Positions 1 through 9,329 of a stretch of DNA of 64,000 bases are shown here, piece after piece (position 1 is the stretch's first letter; every line of letters starts with the position of its first letter). Source of the DNA: a virus. The position numbers were made by a program, and so were the translations under genes. The notes beneath the pieces are model-generated. The model made no database searches. It saw only the letters and a program-made list of their open reading frames with translations, and was not told the origin of the DNA. The stretch is from the IMG/VR virus record IMGVR_UViG_3300029989_000005. One strand, given 5' to 3'.

Positions 1-154
1 ATATTGAATTGAGGATTTTTTTCAAAGATAAATCCTCACTCTTTTTGGTAAATCTCAAGTTTTCAAGACGTATAATTTCATCTTTAATTTCTTGTACTGT
101 CACCTCTTGTCCTTGCTTAAACCTGCAGTACTGTAAACCTAAATTATATACCAT
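1..154 (-). CDS. Partial hypothetical protein running off the window start (MVYNLGLQYCRFKQGQEVTVQEIKDEIIRLE...)
   Basis: ATG at 154, 2 nt after the helicase stop; frame open to the window edge (translated by hand). Confidence 0.6.
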   Translation of the reverse strand, partial: MVYNLGLQYCRFKQGQEVTVQEIKDEIIRLENLRFTKKSEDLSLKKILNSI

Positions 155-156
155 GA

Positions 157-1554
157 TTAAAATTGACCATTTATATTATTGAATATACCACCAAAACCAT
201 CCGATTCCTTCTTATATTCTTTAACATCATTTTTATTTACATTACTCATAAATTCCATAACCGCATTATCAACCATTACTTCAGAAATTCCTAATGGTCT
301 TTTTAATTTTATACCTGATAATTTAGTACATCTAGATAAGGCAACATATGTCTGACCCGTGTCGAATATTCCTCTTTCACCTGTATCTATGACATATTCT
401 TCAATAGTACAAGACTGAGATTTATGTATAGACATGGCATAACCTATGGATATTGGATATTGGATAAATTTTCCTGTACCCATAGACCTAACCTCATTAG
501 ATGATTTATCAAATTCATATTTTTCAGAATGGAACTCAACCTTGCCTATACTTACAATACAGCCGCTGTCTAATTCAACATCCATAAGCTCACCATCAAA
601 ATTAATAAGTTTTCCAACAGTTCCATTGATATATTGCCCGCTTTCTCTATCATTTGAGCGAATCATAACCCTAGCACCTATTTTTATTTTTATTACCTCG
701 TCAACAGCACATTGCTTAACATTGAAATTTCCTTCTACTTTACCAACCAAAGTTATTGGTTTTGAACTTATTTCGTCAAGTTTTTTATTATTATAATATT
801 CTACATCCTTATTATAAGTACATAATACAATGGCATCATCTTTAATTTCGTTATGAACCATAATTTGGTTATGTTCATTAAGCTGAGAACGTGTTATTGT
901 GCCATATTTTATAGAATTTAAAAATGAAATAAATTTTTCATCTTTCTGTCTAAAAATTCTTGTAAAATTTATGGTTGTAATTGGTACAAATTCAAATGGT
1001 TTTGCTGAATAAAAGTATTTTGAGCCAAATGTATGCCTGATATAATCCATTTCAGATTTATCTGAAATTACAGGTGGTAATTGGTATAAATCACCAACTA
1101 ATATTAGCCTCTTTCCACCAAAAAATTCGTCTATATTAAGTGCTTTTCTATAAAATTCGTCTATTGCCGAAAGCATTAAAGATGAAACCATTGATATTTC
1201 ATCTATAACTAATGTTTCGGGTATGGCATACTTTTCTAAGCTATTTTCATTTGGCTTATGTATATTACACGGAAATAAAGGCTTAGGTGGGAATCCAAAA
1301 TAAGAATGTATGGTTTCACATTCTATACCATCTGTTCTTAGGTTGTTGGCGGCAACCCCTGTAGGAGAAAGCACAACATACGAACCAAGTTTCATGTTTG
1401 ATAATAAAAGTTTTAGGAACGTAGATTTTCCTGAACCCGCAGAACCTGTTATAAAAAACACACCGTTTTCTGTTGTTACAGTATCATATGCCTTTTCAAA
1501 TTCGTCTGTTATTTCTAACCAATCAGGTTTAATAAGTTTTGATAAATCAGCCAT
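157..1554 (-). CDS. PIF1/RecD-like SF1B DNA helicase
   Basis: Walker A ITGSAGSGKST, motif Ia LSPTGVAA, TIHSYF, Walker B IDEISMV, GDLYQLPPV, FRQKD, HKSQ and YVALSR; start placed at MADLSK. Confidence 0.92.
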   Translation of the reverse strand: MADLSKLIKPDWLEITDEFEKAYDTVTTENGVFFITGSAGSGKSTFLKLLLSNMKLGSYVVLSPTGVAANNLRTDGIECETIHSYFGFPPKPLFPCNIHKPNENSLEKYAIPETLVIDEISMVSSLMLSAIDEFYRKALNIDEFFGGKRLILVGDLYQLPPVISDKSEMDYIRHTFGSKYFYSAKPFEFVPITTINFTRIFRQKDEKFISFLNSIKYGTITRSQLNEHNQIMVHNEIKDDAIVLCTYNKDVEYYNNKKLDEISSKPITLVGKVEGNFNVKQCAVDEVIKIKIGARVMIRSNDRESGQYINGTVGKLINFDGELMDVELDSGCIVSIGKVEFHSEKYEFDKSSNEVRSMGTGKFIQYPISIGYAMSIHKSQSCTIEEYVIDTGERGIFDTGQTYVALSRCTKLSGIKLKRPLGISEVMVDNAVMEFMSNVNKNDVKEYKKESDGFGGIFNNINGQF

Positions 1555-1599
1555 TTTTATTATATTTTGTAATTTTATATAAAAACAGACCAATATTAA

Positions 1600-2373
1600 T
1601 CAAGCCTCATATGAACCCTCAGCATTTACAAGCCTACTCAAAGGTACTCTATTGCCATCACGAAGCTCTTTAGGGTTTGAAAGATTTAAGGAATTTATCA
1701 TTGAATTTGTTATCAACGATGTAAGGAATGAAAAAGCATTAGATGATTCAAGCATTGTGTATTTTATACAATGGCAGTCAACGATTTCTGTCTTTTGAAA
1801 TTTATCTTCAAATATAGTTTCCTGTAACCTTGATTCATCACCTATTAATTTAAAACACACATCTGAGAATACAGACATATCTTCTTTGTTAAAAATGTCA
1901 ATTATGGAAAGCTTTTTTTGAACTGTGTAATTTGTACATCTAATCACACCTTGTGATTGATACTTTTCTTTTACTAGATTAACTATATTTTTAAGAGTTA
2001 TATTTTCATTTCTTCCTAAAGATACTATATCATTTTCATAATTAGCGTCTTCGCCTATTGTTATAGATATTATACCATAGTTTTTAATATTGATCTCAAT
2101 TTTATCTCCAACAATAAAATTTTGACATAATTTAATTGCCGCACAATTATAAATATTAAATGTTCTCCAATATTTACATAGATCATGAGTTGCTGTTGAG
2201 ATTGCATCCTCTCGTATATCATCGGTAGCTAAATAGAACCTTTTACCAACATGTAAGCAATGCTTTCTGAACATATTCAGAAAATCTGTACTGAGTTGAT
2301 TGTTGATTATACATTTTCTAAGTTCAACATCATATCTTTCCCTGTCTATGTAATAATTGTTCTGTTTTGCCAT
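1600..2373 (-). CDS. T4 gp55-like late sigma factor with a large internal insertion
   Basis: N-terminal YYID...EL, then REDAISTA...KYWRTFN and NAFSFLTSLITNS, matching the gp55 pattern (EMIADG...HNFD...NPHAYITQ). Confidence 0.65.
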   Translation of the reverse strand: MAKQNNYYIDRERYDVELRKCIINNQLSTDFLNMFRKHCLHVGKRFYLATDDIREDAISTATHDLCKYWRTFNIYNCAAIKLCQNFIVGDKIEINIKNYGIISITIGEDANYENDIVSLGRNENITLKNIVNLVKEKYQSQGVIRCTNYTVQKKLSIIDIFNKEDMSVFSDVCFKLIGDESRLQETIFEDKFQKTEIVDCHCIKYTMLESSNAFSFLTSLITNSMINSLNLSNPKELRDGNRVPLSRLVNAEGSYEA

Positions 2374-2380
2374 AATAGTA

Positions 2381-4081
2381 TTAATTTGTATGTGGTGATT
2401 CTTCTTCAATCATTGTTTTGTTTTTCTCAAATTCTTCCAATGTCATAATTGCGAATTTGTCAATATATAGATATTTTTGAGAGTACATTGGTTGACCTTT
2501 ATCATTTTTTATAGCCTCATACAATTTAATCATATCGAGTTTTTTCTTAACTGTCATTGTTTGTTTGGCATCCTCAATCAAGAAATTGGCATTGTGTTTT
2601 ATTCCAAACGATGTTCTAAAAGATTTGTCTGCTTTTAATTCTTTATGTTTAAGCATACAATTTATATAAATTGGTGCTGAAAGTACTTGGTTAAAAGTAG
2701 TCATCATACGATTTATAAAATTGAAGTAAGATAAATCCTCATAGGATAAGTTATCATCAGCGTAAAATATAACCTTTCCACCACCATTATTATCAGCTCT
2801 ATCAAATCGTTTTGTTGGAAGTCTAGATATTTCGTTTAGTCTACCATTAAAATAATCAACAACTTTCATGTTTGTCAAATCTGGACCTTCCTGTTTAAGT
2901 GTGTCTATCTGTGATTGAGAACCATTAACCGATGGTACTACAATATTCCTTGAGTACGATATAGATGGTTGACCGTTTACAGTAACCTCACCACTGTCAA
3001 AATTTATAAGTAATGTTTCTTTAAAATGATTAACAAATTTCCTTAATGCTTCAAGTGCTTTATCTGTTGTTTTATTACCAACAGGTACTACCATCTTTAT
3101 ACGTGATTGGCAATTCATGATAAACCAACCAACTGTAGCATCCTCTAATTTTCTTTTTAAGTTGAAATCCCTGAGTAATCTTTCAACATAAGACAGATTT
3201 CCTGTAGTATCTATATCCAAATATGGTATATAAAGTATTTGATTTTCAGATAATGTTACCCTACTACCATCTGTTTTTACATATTCCCAACCTTTAATTT
3301 TTTTCTGATTCTCACTAAGATCACGTATATCAACATATTTAAGCCTATTTGGGTCAATTTCAACAAATCCTATAATTTTTACAGGATATATATCCTCTTT
3401 CTCAGTGCCATCTGTATAAAATTTACTGTTTTCATACATTTCAAATAGGCTTTGTATTTTATCAAGACCACTTTGGACTTTGGCTACTTGACCTTTGTAT
3501 ACTTTAACTCTTTCTTTATCATCTTTTTCTAATTTCAGATTTTCATTTATGGAAACTAATGATTTTTTAAGTTTAATTATTTGATCATTAAGTTCTGCTT
3601 TTGTTTTATATTCATACAGGATTTCGTATGATAGACACCCATCTATTAGCCATTGTCTGTATTTTTTCCAAGCTACATTTTCTCCATCAAAATCCAATAG
3701 TGAATATACATCCTCAAAAAATGACATTATTGATTCCTTTACATCCTTTTGGTATTTTTCATTTGTAAATTTTATTTCACAGTACCTGTTGAATTCGTTC
3801 GTTATAACTGAATCATCACATACACAATCTAATATATATTCTATTTCAGGATACGTGGAAAATTTTCTTAAGTATTTTCGTTTTTCGTTATAACTAGATT
3901 TTGAATATGAATTGTCCTCGTATGTATCTTCATGCCCTCTAGACCAACTACTATAGGCTTTATATAAATCATCCTCATATGTTATAGAATTGGTTTCTTT
4001 AATTATAGAATAATCAATTCCTATATTACCAAGCCGTTCAGCTAGTTTTGTTATAGGTTTAAACAATATTGGTATAGCCAT
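2381..4081 (-). CDS. Portal protein (T4 gp20-like)
   Basis: YPEIEYILDCVCDD, YRQWLIDG, LSYVERL, KLEDA, IDTL-EGPDL, VDYFN-RL...SRLP-RF: the gp20 motif series. Confidence 0.88.
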   Translation of the reverse strand: MAIPILFKPITKLAERLGNIGIDYSIIKETNSITYEDDLYKAYSSWSRGHEDTYEDNSYSKSSYNEKRKYLRKFSTYPEIEYILDCVCDDSVITNEFNRYCEIKFTNEKYQKDVKESIMSFFEDVYSLLDFDGENVAWKKYRQWLIDGCLSYEILYEYKTKAELNDQIIKLKKSLVSINENLKLEKDDKERVKVYKGQVAKVQSGLDKIQSLFEMYENSKFYTDGTEKEDIYPVKIIGFVEIDPNRLKYVDIRDLSENQKKIKGWEYVKTDGSRVTLSENQILYIPYLDIDTTGNLSYVERLLRDFNLKRKLEDATVGWFIMNCQSRIKMVVPVGNKTTDKALEALRKFVNHFKETLLINFDSGEVTVNGQPSISYSRNIVVPSVNGSQSQIDTLKQEGPDLTNMKVVDYFNGRLNEISRLPTKRFDRADNNGGGKVIFYADDNLSYEDLSYFNFINRMMTTFNQVLSAPIYINCMLKHKELKADKSFRTSFGIKHNANFLIEDAKQTMTVKKKLDMIKLYEAIKNDKGQPMYSQKYLYIDKFAIMTLEEFEKNKTMIEEESPHTN

Positions 4082-4141
4082 AAATTTATTTTATATTATT
4101 TAAACAAATATTGTTTAAAAGTTTCATTATCTTATATTTAA

Positions 4142-4170
4142 AAAGCCTGTAATTGTTCATCACAGGCTTT
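4142..4170 (-). terminator. Intrinsic terminator hairpin
   Basis: aaagcctgt/acaggcttt inverted repeat followed by a T-run on the minus strand, downstream of 4191..4904. Confidence 0.6.
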
Positions 4171-4190
4171 ATTTGTACTATATTTGTAAC

Positions 4191-4904
4191 TTATTTGCTT
4201 GTTTTTGCTTTTTTGTTTTCAAAAACAGCTTTACGATACCTTTTCTTTACTGATTCATTGATTGATTTTTTAATACCATCTTTACAGGCTTCATCAATAT
4301 TTTCTTCATTGTTCACAATTGCATCAACTGTAGCATCAACTATGTCACCAACAACATCAGATGGAATACCCGCATCTACCATTGCACCAACCAAATCATT
4401 AACAGATATTGTTTCAGTACCTGTAGCACTTGTGGCAGCGATTATTTGATCTTTTACATCATCAGTAACAGATTCAGTACCTGTTAATATACCATCAATA
4501 TCTCCACTTTCAATAATTTTATCATCAATTATTTCATCCGCCTCTGATTCTGTGATTTCTGTGATTTTTGCTTTACCACCTTCATTTGCCTCAGCTTTTT
4601 TTATAATTTCATTTGATAACAAAATCTCAGGGTCAAACTGTTGACCATCCTCAGATTGGAAATATCCATTGTCAGAAACAAAAGAACCGCTACCATTTGA
4701 AAAAGTACCTTGGTCATCTACATATGTTAATGTTGAATCAACAGGTAAAACAACCTTATCATCAACACTTAAATCATCTGTTGTTTTGTAAGTGTCACCA
4801 TCTGTTAGCTCAACACCAAATTTTTCAGAAGCGAAATTTTCAAAAACAGGAAGTTTTTTACCAATTTTAGACTTAAAAGTTTCGTTGATTTTATAAGCTT
4901 TCAT
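4191..4904 (-). CDS. Acidic hypothetical protein, probable head/prohead core component
   Basis: Adjacent to portal, upstream TAAATAAT motif, several [I/V]xE sites (KINE, VFEN, ITES, SINES). Confidence 0.45.
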   Translation of the reverse strand: MKAYKINETFKSKIGKKLPVFENFASEKFGVELTDGDTYKTTDDLSVDDKVVLPVDSTLTYVDDQGTFSNGSGSFVSDNGYFQSEDGQQFDPEILLSNEIIKKAEANEGGKAKITEITESEADEIIDDKIIESGDIDGILTGTESVTDDVKDQIIAATSATGTETISVNDLVGAMVDAGIPSDVVGDIVDATVDAIVNNEENIDEACKDGIKKSINESVKKRYRKAVFENKKAKTSK

Positions 4905-4969
4905 AATTAGAATTTTTAATTTTTATTATTTAGTAATATTACTATCATTCATTGATTTATAATTTTCAT

Positions 4970-5695
4970 TTAATAGTTTGCCGATAAGTTTTCAAATATA
5001 TCATTTATTCGTTTCTTCATCATTATATAAATGTTTCTGTGTATCCTATCCAATTCTTCAATAAATACTTGTACCTTTTGTTTATTTCTTGATTTTACGT
5101 ATCTTACGCAAATTTCTAATGTTTTGTCCATATCTATTGATGGAACTAAAGTTCCTAGTTGCCTTCCGTTGATATAAAATTCATTCATATAATCAACGCT
5201 TTTATTCCTGTGTATAAGTATAATACTTCTTACTAGTTCTGTTATTTTTCCATCATCATTTCCACAAATTTCATCGGATTCCAAGGTATTATACAACGAT
5301 TTAATCATATCAATTTTCTCTGAATCGAAAATTGATTTTATTATTACTACAGATTGCTGTAAGTTTATTTCTTTCTTTGCATCATTATCTATTTTTTCTG
5401 AAACTTTTTCCAAATATGCACTAACACGTTCCAATGTTGGTGCTATCGCTGCTATATCCCCTACAATCTTTGATGTTTCAGAATTACTTGATTTAATGAA
5501 TTGTTTAAACATCATAAGGAAAACAATCATAAAAACAGTAAACAAAGAAATTGACATCCAAATAGCAAATGATGTATTAGTTGTTGTTAAGCCGTATTTT
5601 TCAATATCCGATGATAATTTACCTATATTTTCTGCATTATTTTTGACAGACTGATTTACGACCTGTTGTATAACATCCAATAGTATAACTCCCAT
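4970..5695 (-). CDS. Single-pass membrane protein (possibly holin-like)
   Basis: One hydrophobic segment FAIWMSISLFTVFMIVFLMMF followed by a helical soluble domain. Confidence 0.4.
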   Translation of the reverse strand: MGVILLDVIQQVVNQSVKNNAENIGKLSSDIEKYGLTTTNTSFAIWMSISLFTVFMIVFLMMFKQFIKSSNSETSKIVGDIAAIAPTLERVSAYLEKVSEKIDNDAKKEINLQQSVVIIKSIFDSEKIDMIKSLYNTLESDEICGNDDGKITELVRSIILIHRNKSVDYMNEFYINGRQLGTLVPSIDMDKTLEICVRYVKSRNKQKVQVFIEELDRIHRNIYIMMKKRINDIFENLSANY

Positions 5696-5747
5696 AGCTC
5701 AAAAATTTTATTTTAATTATTTAATAAAATTTGATACGTATATTATA

Positions 5748-7148
5748 TTATTGGGGTAGTATTTTGTAACTTTCAGGCGGTATAACACCCGATGCTTCGG
5801 TCATACGCATATGTTGGTACTCTACATTCATTTTTAGGTAATAATCCTTATAACGTGAATCTCTAATTTTTAAAAATTTAAAATAAAATTCTTTATTCAT
5901 ACGCATAGTTTCGGGTGTTATCATACCAATCACATTATCAGCTCTATGGAAAAGTCCACTTGATTCAGATAAGAAGCTTCCCATCTCTATATCTGATGTA
6001 TTGGCATTTTTAATTGTAGCTTGATGTGCTGTTACCATTGCCCAATCATTGTCAACACCTGCTTGAAATAGTACCTCAGCATTGGATTTATGATAAGAGT
6101 ACATACTTTCGGGAGAAATACCAAAATCATTACCAAGTTCTGTAAGATAATCCAAAATTATAGCATCAAAATGTATACCTCTTTCCTCTTCAAGTCTTTT
6201 TATATCAGAAACAATTGTAAGTGGGGTTGCCTTTGAATATCTCATACCCAAGAATACTCCAACACCTTTTGCATCATGTATTATGTTTCTTAAGGCATCT
6301 TGTACAACATCCTGAGATTCAGAAAAACGTGCGTATTCATACATTGGTATATTTAGTATATTACTACCTATCCTCTTGTATATTTTATCTATACCCATTT
6401 CAAGAGATACAAGTACAACATTTTTCTTTGCAATAGACATTCCCGCAGCTAAATTACCCAAAACTAATGATTTACCACTGTTTGGTGCACCCGCAAATAT
6501 AGTTAAAGTTCCAGGAGCAAAACCGCCATTTTCCTCAAAATCGGACAAAGCTTGGTTAATAGCGGGAAATCCACTATTAACATAATTTTCGGCTTTCATC
6601 TGAACATGTTCTTTAGCATCCCAAAAATCGTGTATCTCAGCCTCATGCATGTCGATACAAGAACGTCTAACAACCATGTCTTTTGCTCTGTTGATGATTG
6701 TCTTAACATTGTCGGGTGTTATAGTCTGTGTCTGCATGTATTTTACAGCCGATTTGTAACCCTCTTGAGCATTTTGCCAACTAATCCAAGAACCAACGGT
6801 TTCTTTAAGCCATATGTCAGAATAATTATTGATGTTTGTTGATATTATATGCCTTGAAATATTTAAGAATCTACTTATATTTTCATCAACATTGCTGTTG
6901 GCATCAATGATATAGTTTTCTTTGTCTTCCTTTACTAAGACCTCTATTTGCCCGATATCAGGGCTAACAGTGTCAAAGAGAGCCTCCCTGAACCTAGTAT
7001 TGAATTCTTTAGCTAACCTAAATAAAAGCCTACAATATGAATCCTTAAAAAAAGATTCATCAATTTTAGCCATCAAATTTAGGTTATTTCTTCTTTGGGT
7101 GTAACAAAATACTATTTGCTCAAAATCCGTTGTACTGTTATCTATCAT
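5748..7148 (-). CDS. Replicative DnaB-like helicase (T4 gp41-like)
   Basis: Walker A GAPNSGKS, VSLEM, IILDY, VTAHQ, LSES-GL---AD, KIRD. Confidence 0.9.
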   Translation of the reverse strand: MIDNSTTDFEQIVFCYTQRRNNLNLMAKIDESFFKDSYCRLLFRLAKEFNTRFREALFDTVSPDIGQIEVLVKEDKENYIIDANSNVDENISRFLNISRHIISTNINNYSDIWLKETVGSWISWQNAQEGYKSAVKYMQTQTITPDNVKTIINRAKDMVVRRSCIDMHEAEIHDFWDAKEHVQMKAENYVNSGFPAINQALSDFEENGGFAPGTLTIFAGAPNSGKSLVLGNLAAGMSIAKKNVVLVSLEMGIDKIYKRIGSNILNIPMYEYARFSESQDVVQDALRNIIHDAKGVGVFLGMRYSKATPLTIVSDIKRLEEERGIHFDAIILDYLTELGNDFGISPESMYSYHKSNAEVLFQAGVDNDWAMVTAHQATIKNANTSDIEMGSFLSESSGLFHRADNVIGMITPETMRMNKEFYFKFLKIRDSRYKDYYLKMNVEYQHMRMTEASGVIPPESYKILPQ

Positions 7149-7154
7149 TAAAAT

Positions 7155-7403
7155 CTATGAAATAATTTTTATATTACCATCTTCAACTCTTATATTGTTA
7201 GATTCAATAAGTCTTGCTATACATGAATCAAATTCATTTTCCTTTTGCTCAGAATTTGCGACTGACTTTCTAACTTCCTCTAATTTCATAGATTTCTTAT
7301 TTTTATTAATAAGAAAAAACAAAATATCATCAGGTTCTATTGTATCAAGGTTTAGATACTGTCCTGTTATATATTTTAATTTTAAATTATTGACATCTAC
7401 CAT
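7155..7403 (-). CDS. Small hypothetical protein, possible winged helix
   Basis: 82 aa ORF between UvsX and gp41; FDSCIARLIESNNIRVED resembles a wHTH end. Confidence 0.5.
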   Translation of the reverse strand: MVDVNNLKLKYITGQYLNLDTIEPDDILFFLINKNKKSMKLEEVRKSVANSEQKENEFDSCIARLIESNNIRVEDGNIKIIS

Positions 7404-7404
7404 A

Positions 7405-9201
7405 CTACTGTTTTAAGATATTATTCATTTGATTTTCGAAATCATTTGTTGCCTCTACACTTTTATCATTATCTTCCAAATTATTTTCACTTTCAATAAA
7501 TTCTGTTCTATATTGGAATAATGGTTTAATTATTTTTTCATCAATTTGTTTAAGAGTATCGGTATCAAAAACAGTCTTGTTAAATAATTGGTTAAATTCA
7601 ACACACCTGTTAAGATGCTTAACACAGTATTGGTTAGACGTTGATTGTGGCTTGCATATTTTGCGTTCTTCTTTTACCACATTGCCATCTTTAATTTTCT
7701 CTGCTACAAATTTTTCAGTAAATTTAAAAGATTGATCAAGTTTAAGATTAAACTTTATATCGCTTGATGAACCCTCATTCATGAAAACGAATTCACTGTA
7801 TTCATATTTCTTATTATTTATAGAATCCAAAATTGGCTTTTTAAACTTGAATTTTTGGTTCTTGTCAATATTGATCTTGGCATTACCCATAACAAACAAA
7901 TCATCATTGCTTATTGAACCCTGAATCCATTTAGTAAATGCCTGATCTGAATAAATATCATTCAATTGCATTTTTTCCTTTAAGAATACTGTATCAAATT
8001 CAAGGTTAACGTTATGACCGCTATCTTCCAAAAATCCTATAAGATTTGGTAAACATATTTGTTGGTCTGTATTAGAGTCAAATTCTATACAACCATTATC
8101 CAAATCGTCTTCAAACGATGGTTGGAATGATTCTTCTTTGCTTTTAGCAAGTTGTGCCGAAAGCAATTTTGTAGAAAATTTTGTAGAAAGTATGGTTTCA
8201 ACAGTCACCAATTTCTTTGAAATAAGTTCCTGAGCAGTACTCATGTAGTCAACCATTTTACCTTTAGTTATACCACACACATCCCATGAAATGAATTCCT
8301 CAAGCCCCAAAAATCTGTTGATACCTTTTGTAAAAGAAATATAAAAAGTAACAGGTCTGTGCATTGAAAAACGGGACTCCATAATTTCAGCCGTAACGAT
8401 TATACCTTGTTTCTGCTTATTTTCATCTTTATCAAAGGTTTTACGAAGATTAATAACAATAGATGGCATATACATTGAGCCTTTACCACCCGATATTGTT
8501 TTAACTTTCTGATGAAATTCCTCTTTTTCATAAGTATGTGCCGTACAAACCATTGGTATACCTAATTTTCCGAACCTTGGTATCAAAAGATTGTACATTA
8601 CCTTAAGTTCTTTGGCAACTGTACCCATATCAGTTTTCATTTCACCTTCCAAAGCATCGGCTAATTGTTTTGATGAATTAAGAGATGTAACTGAATCAAT
8701 AAAAACAGCTACTTTTGGAATTGACTTTTTCTGATCTAAAGGTAATTTTTTATTTTCTGCAGTGATTTTTACTGCTGTATCCATCAATGATTGAGTTAAT
8801 TGAACCATCGGTGATGTAATTTCGTTTATGGTTTCAGGAACAATAATACGACAATTTTCAGGGTCTATACCCTGACCAATATATCTTTCCTTGCTGTGTG
8901 CGTGCTCAGAATCAAATATAATTGGATAATATCCTAACATTTGACAAAATCTTATAATATCCAACACTATATAGCTTTTTCCTGTCTTTGGGTCACCCGA
9001 AATCATAACACAATGCCCACTTGGAACACCACCAAAAAGTGAGCCACTCATACAAGCCGAAAGCACAAATGAACCACTTGGAATAAATTCAATATCAGGT
9101 TGATCAATCATAGATATTGAATCATCAGGTAAGAATTGTCCAATAAAATTACTGACATCTGAAAGTTTGGCTGAATCGCCTACGAAAAATTGCTTTGCCA
9201 T
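7405..9201 (-). CDS. uvsX: RecA/UvsX recombinase with long C-terminal insertion
   Basis: IPSGSFVLS, Walker A GDPKTGKS, FDSE, Walker B VFIDS, DMG, AHTY, SGGKG. Confidence 0.9.
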   Translation of the reverse strand: MAKQFFVGDSAKLSDVSNFIGQFLPDDSISMIDQPDIEFIPSGSFVLSACMSGSLFGGVPSGHCVMISGDPKTGKSYIVLDIIRFCQMLGYYPIIFDSEHAHSKERYIGQGIDPENCRIIVPETINEITSPMVQLTQSLMDTAVKITAENKKLPLDQKKSIPKVAVFIDSVTSLNSSKQLADALEGEMKTDMGTVAKELKVMYNLLIPRFGKLGIPMVCTAHTYEKEEFHQKVKTISGGKGSMYMPSIVINLRKTFDKDENKQKQGIIVTAEIMESRFSMHRPVTFYISFTKGINRFLGLEEFISWDVCGITKGKMVDYMSTAQELISKKLVTVETILSTKFSTKLLSAQLAKSKEESFQPSFEDDLDNGCIEFDSNTDQQICLPNLIGFLEDSGHNVNLEFDTVFLKEKMQLNDIYSDQAFTKWIQGSISNDDLFVMGNAKINIDKNQKFKFKKPILDSINNKKYEYSEFVFMNEGSSSDIKFNLKLDQSFKFTEKFVAEKIKDGNVVKEERKICKPQSTSNQYCVKHLNRCVEFNQLFNKTVFDTDTLKQIDEKIIKPLFQYRTEFIESENNLEDNDKSVEATNDFENQMNNILKQ

Positions 9202-9271
9202 AATATTTTTATTATATCGTTATTTTAATATCTTATATTTCTTGGATATTAAAATATTCATTATTAGACAA

Positions 9272-9309
9272 TTAAACGCCTGTAAATTTTTATATTTACA
9301 GGCGTTTAA
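9272..9309. terminator. 16-bp perfect hairpin, probable terminator
   Basis: ttaaacgcctgtaaat / atttacaggcgtttaa. Confidence 0.6.
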
Positions 9310-9329
9310 GTATATAGTCTAAATGTAAT

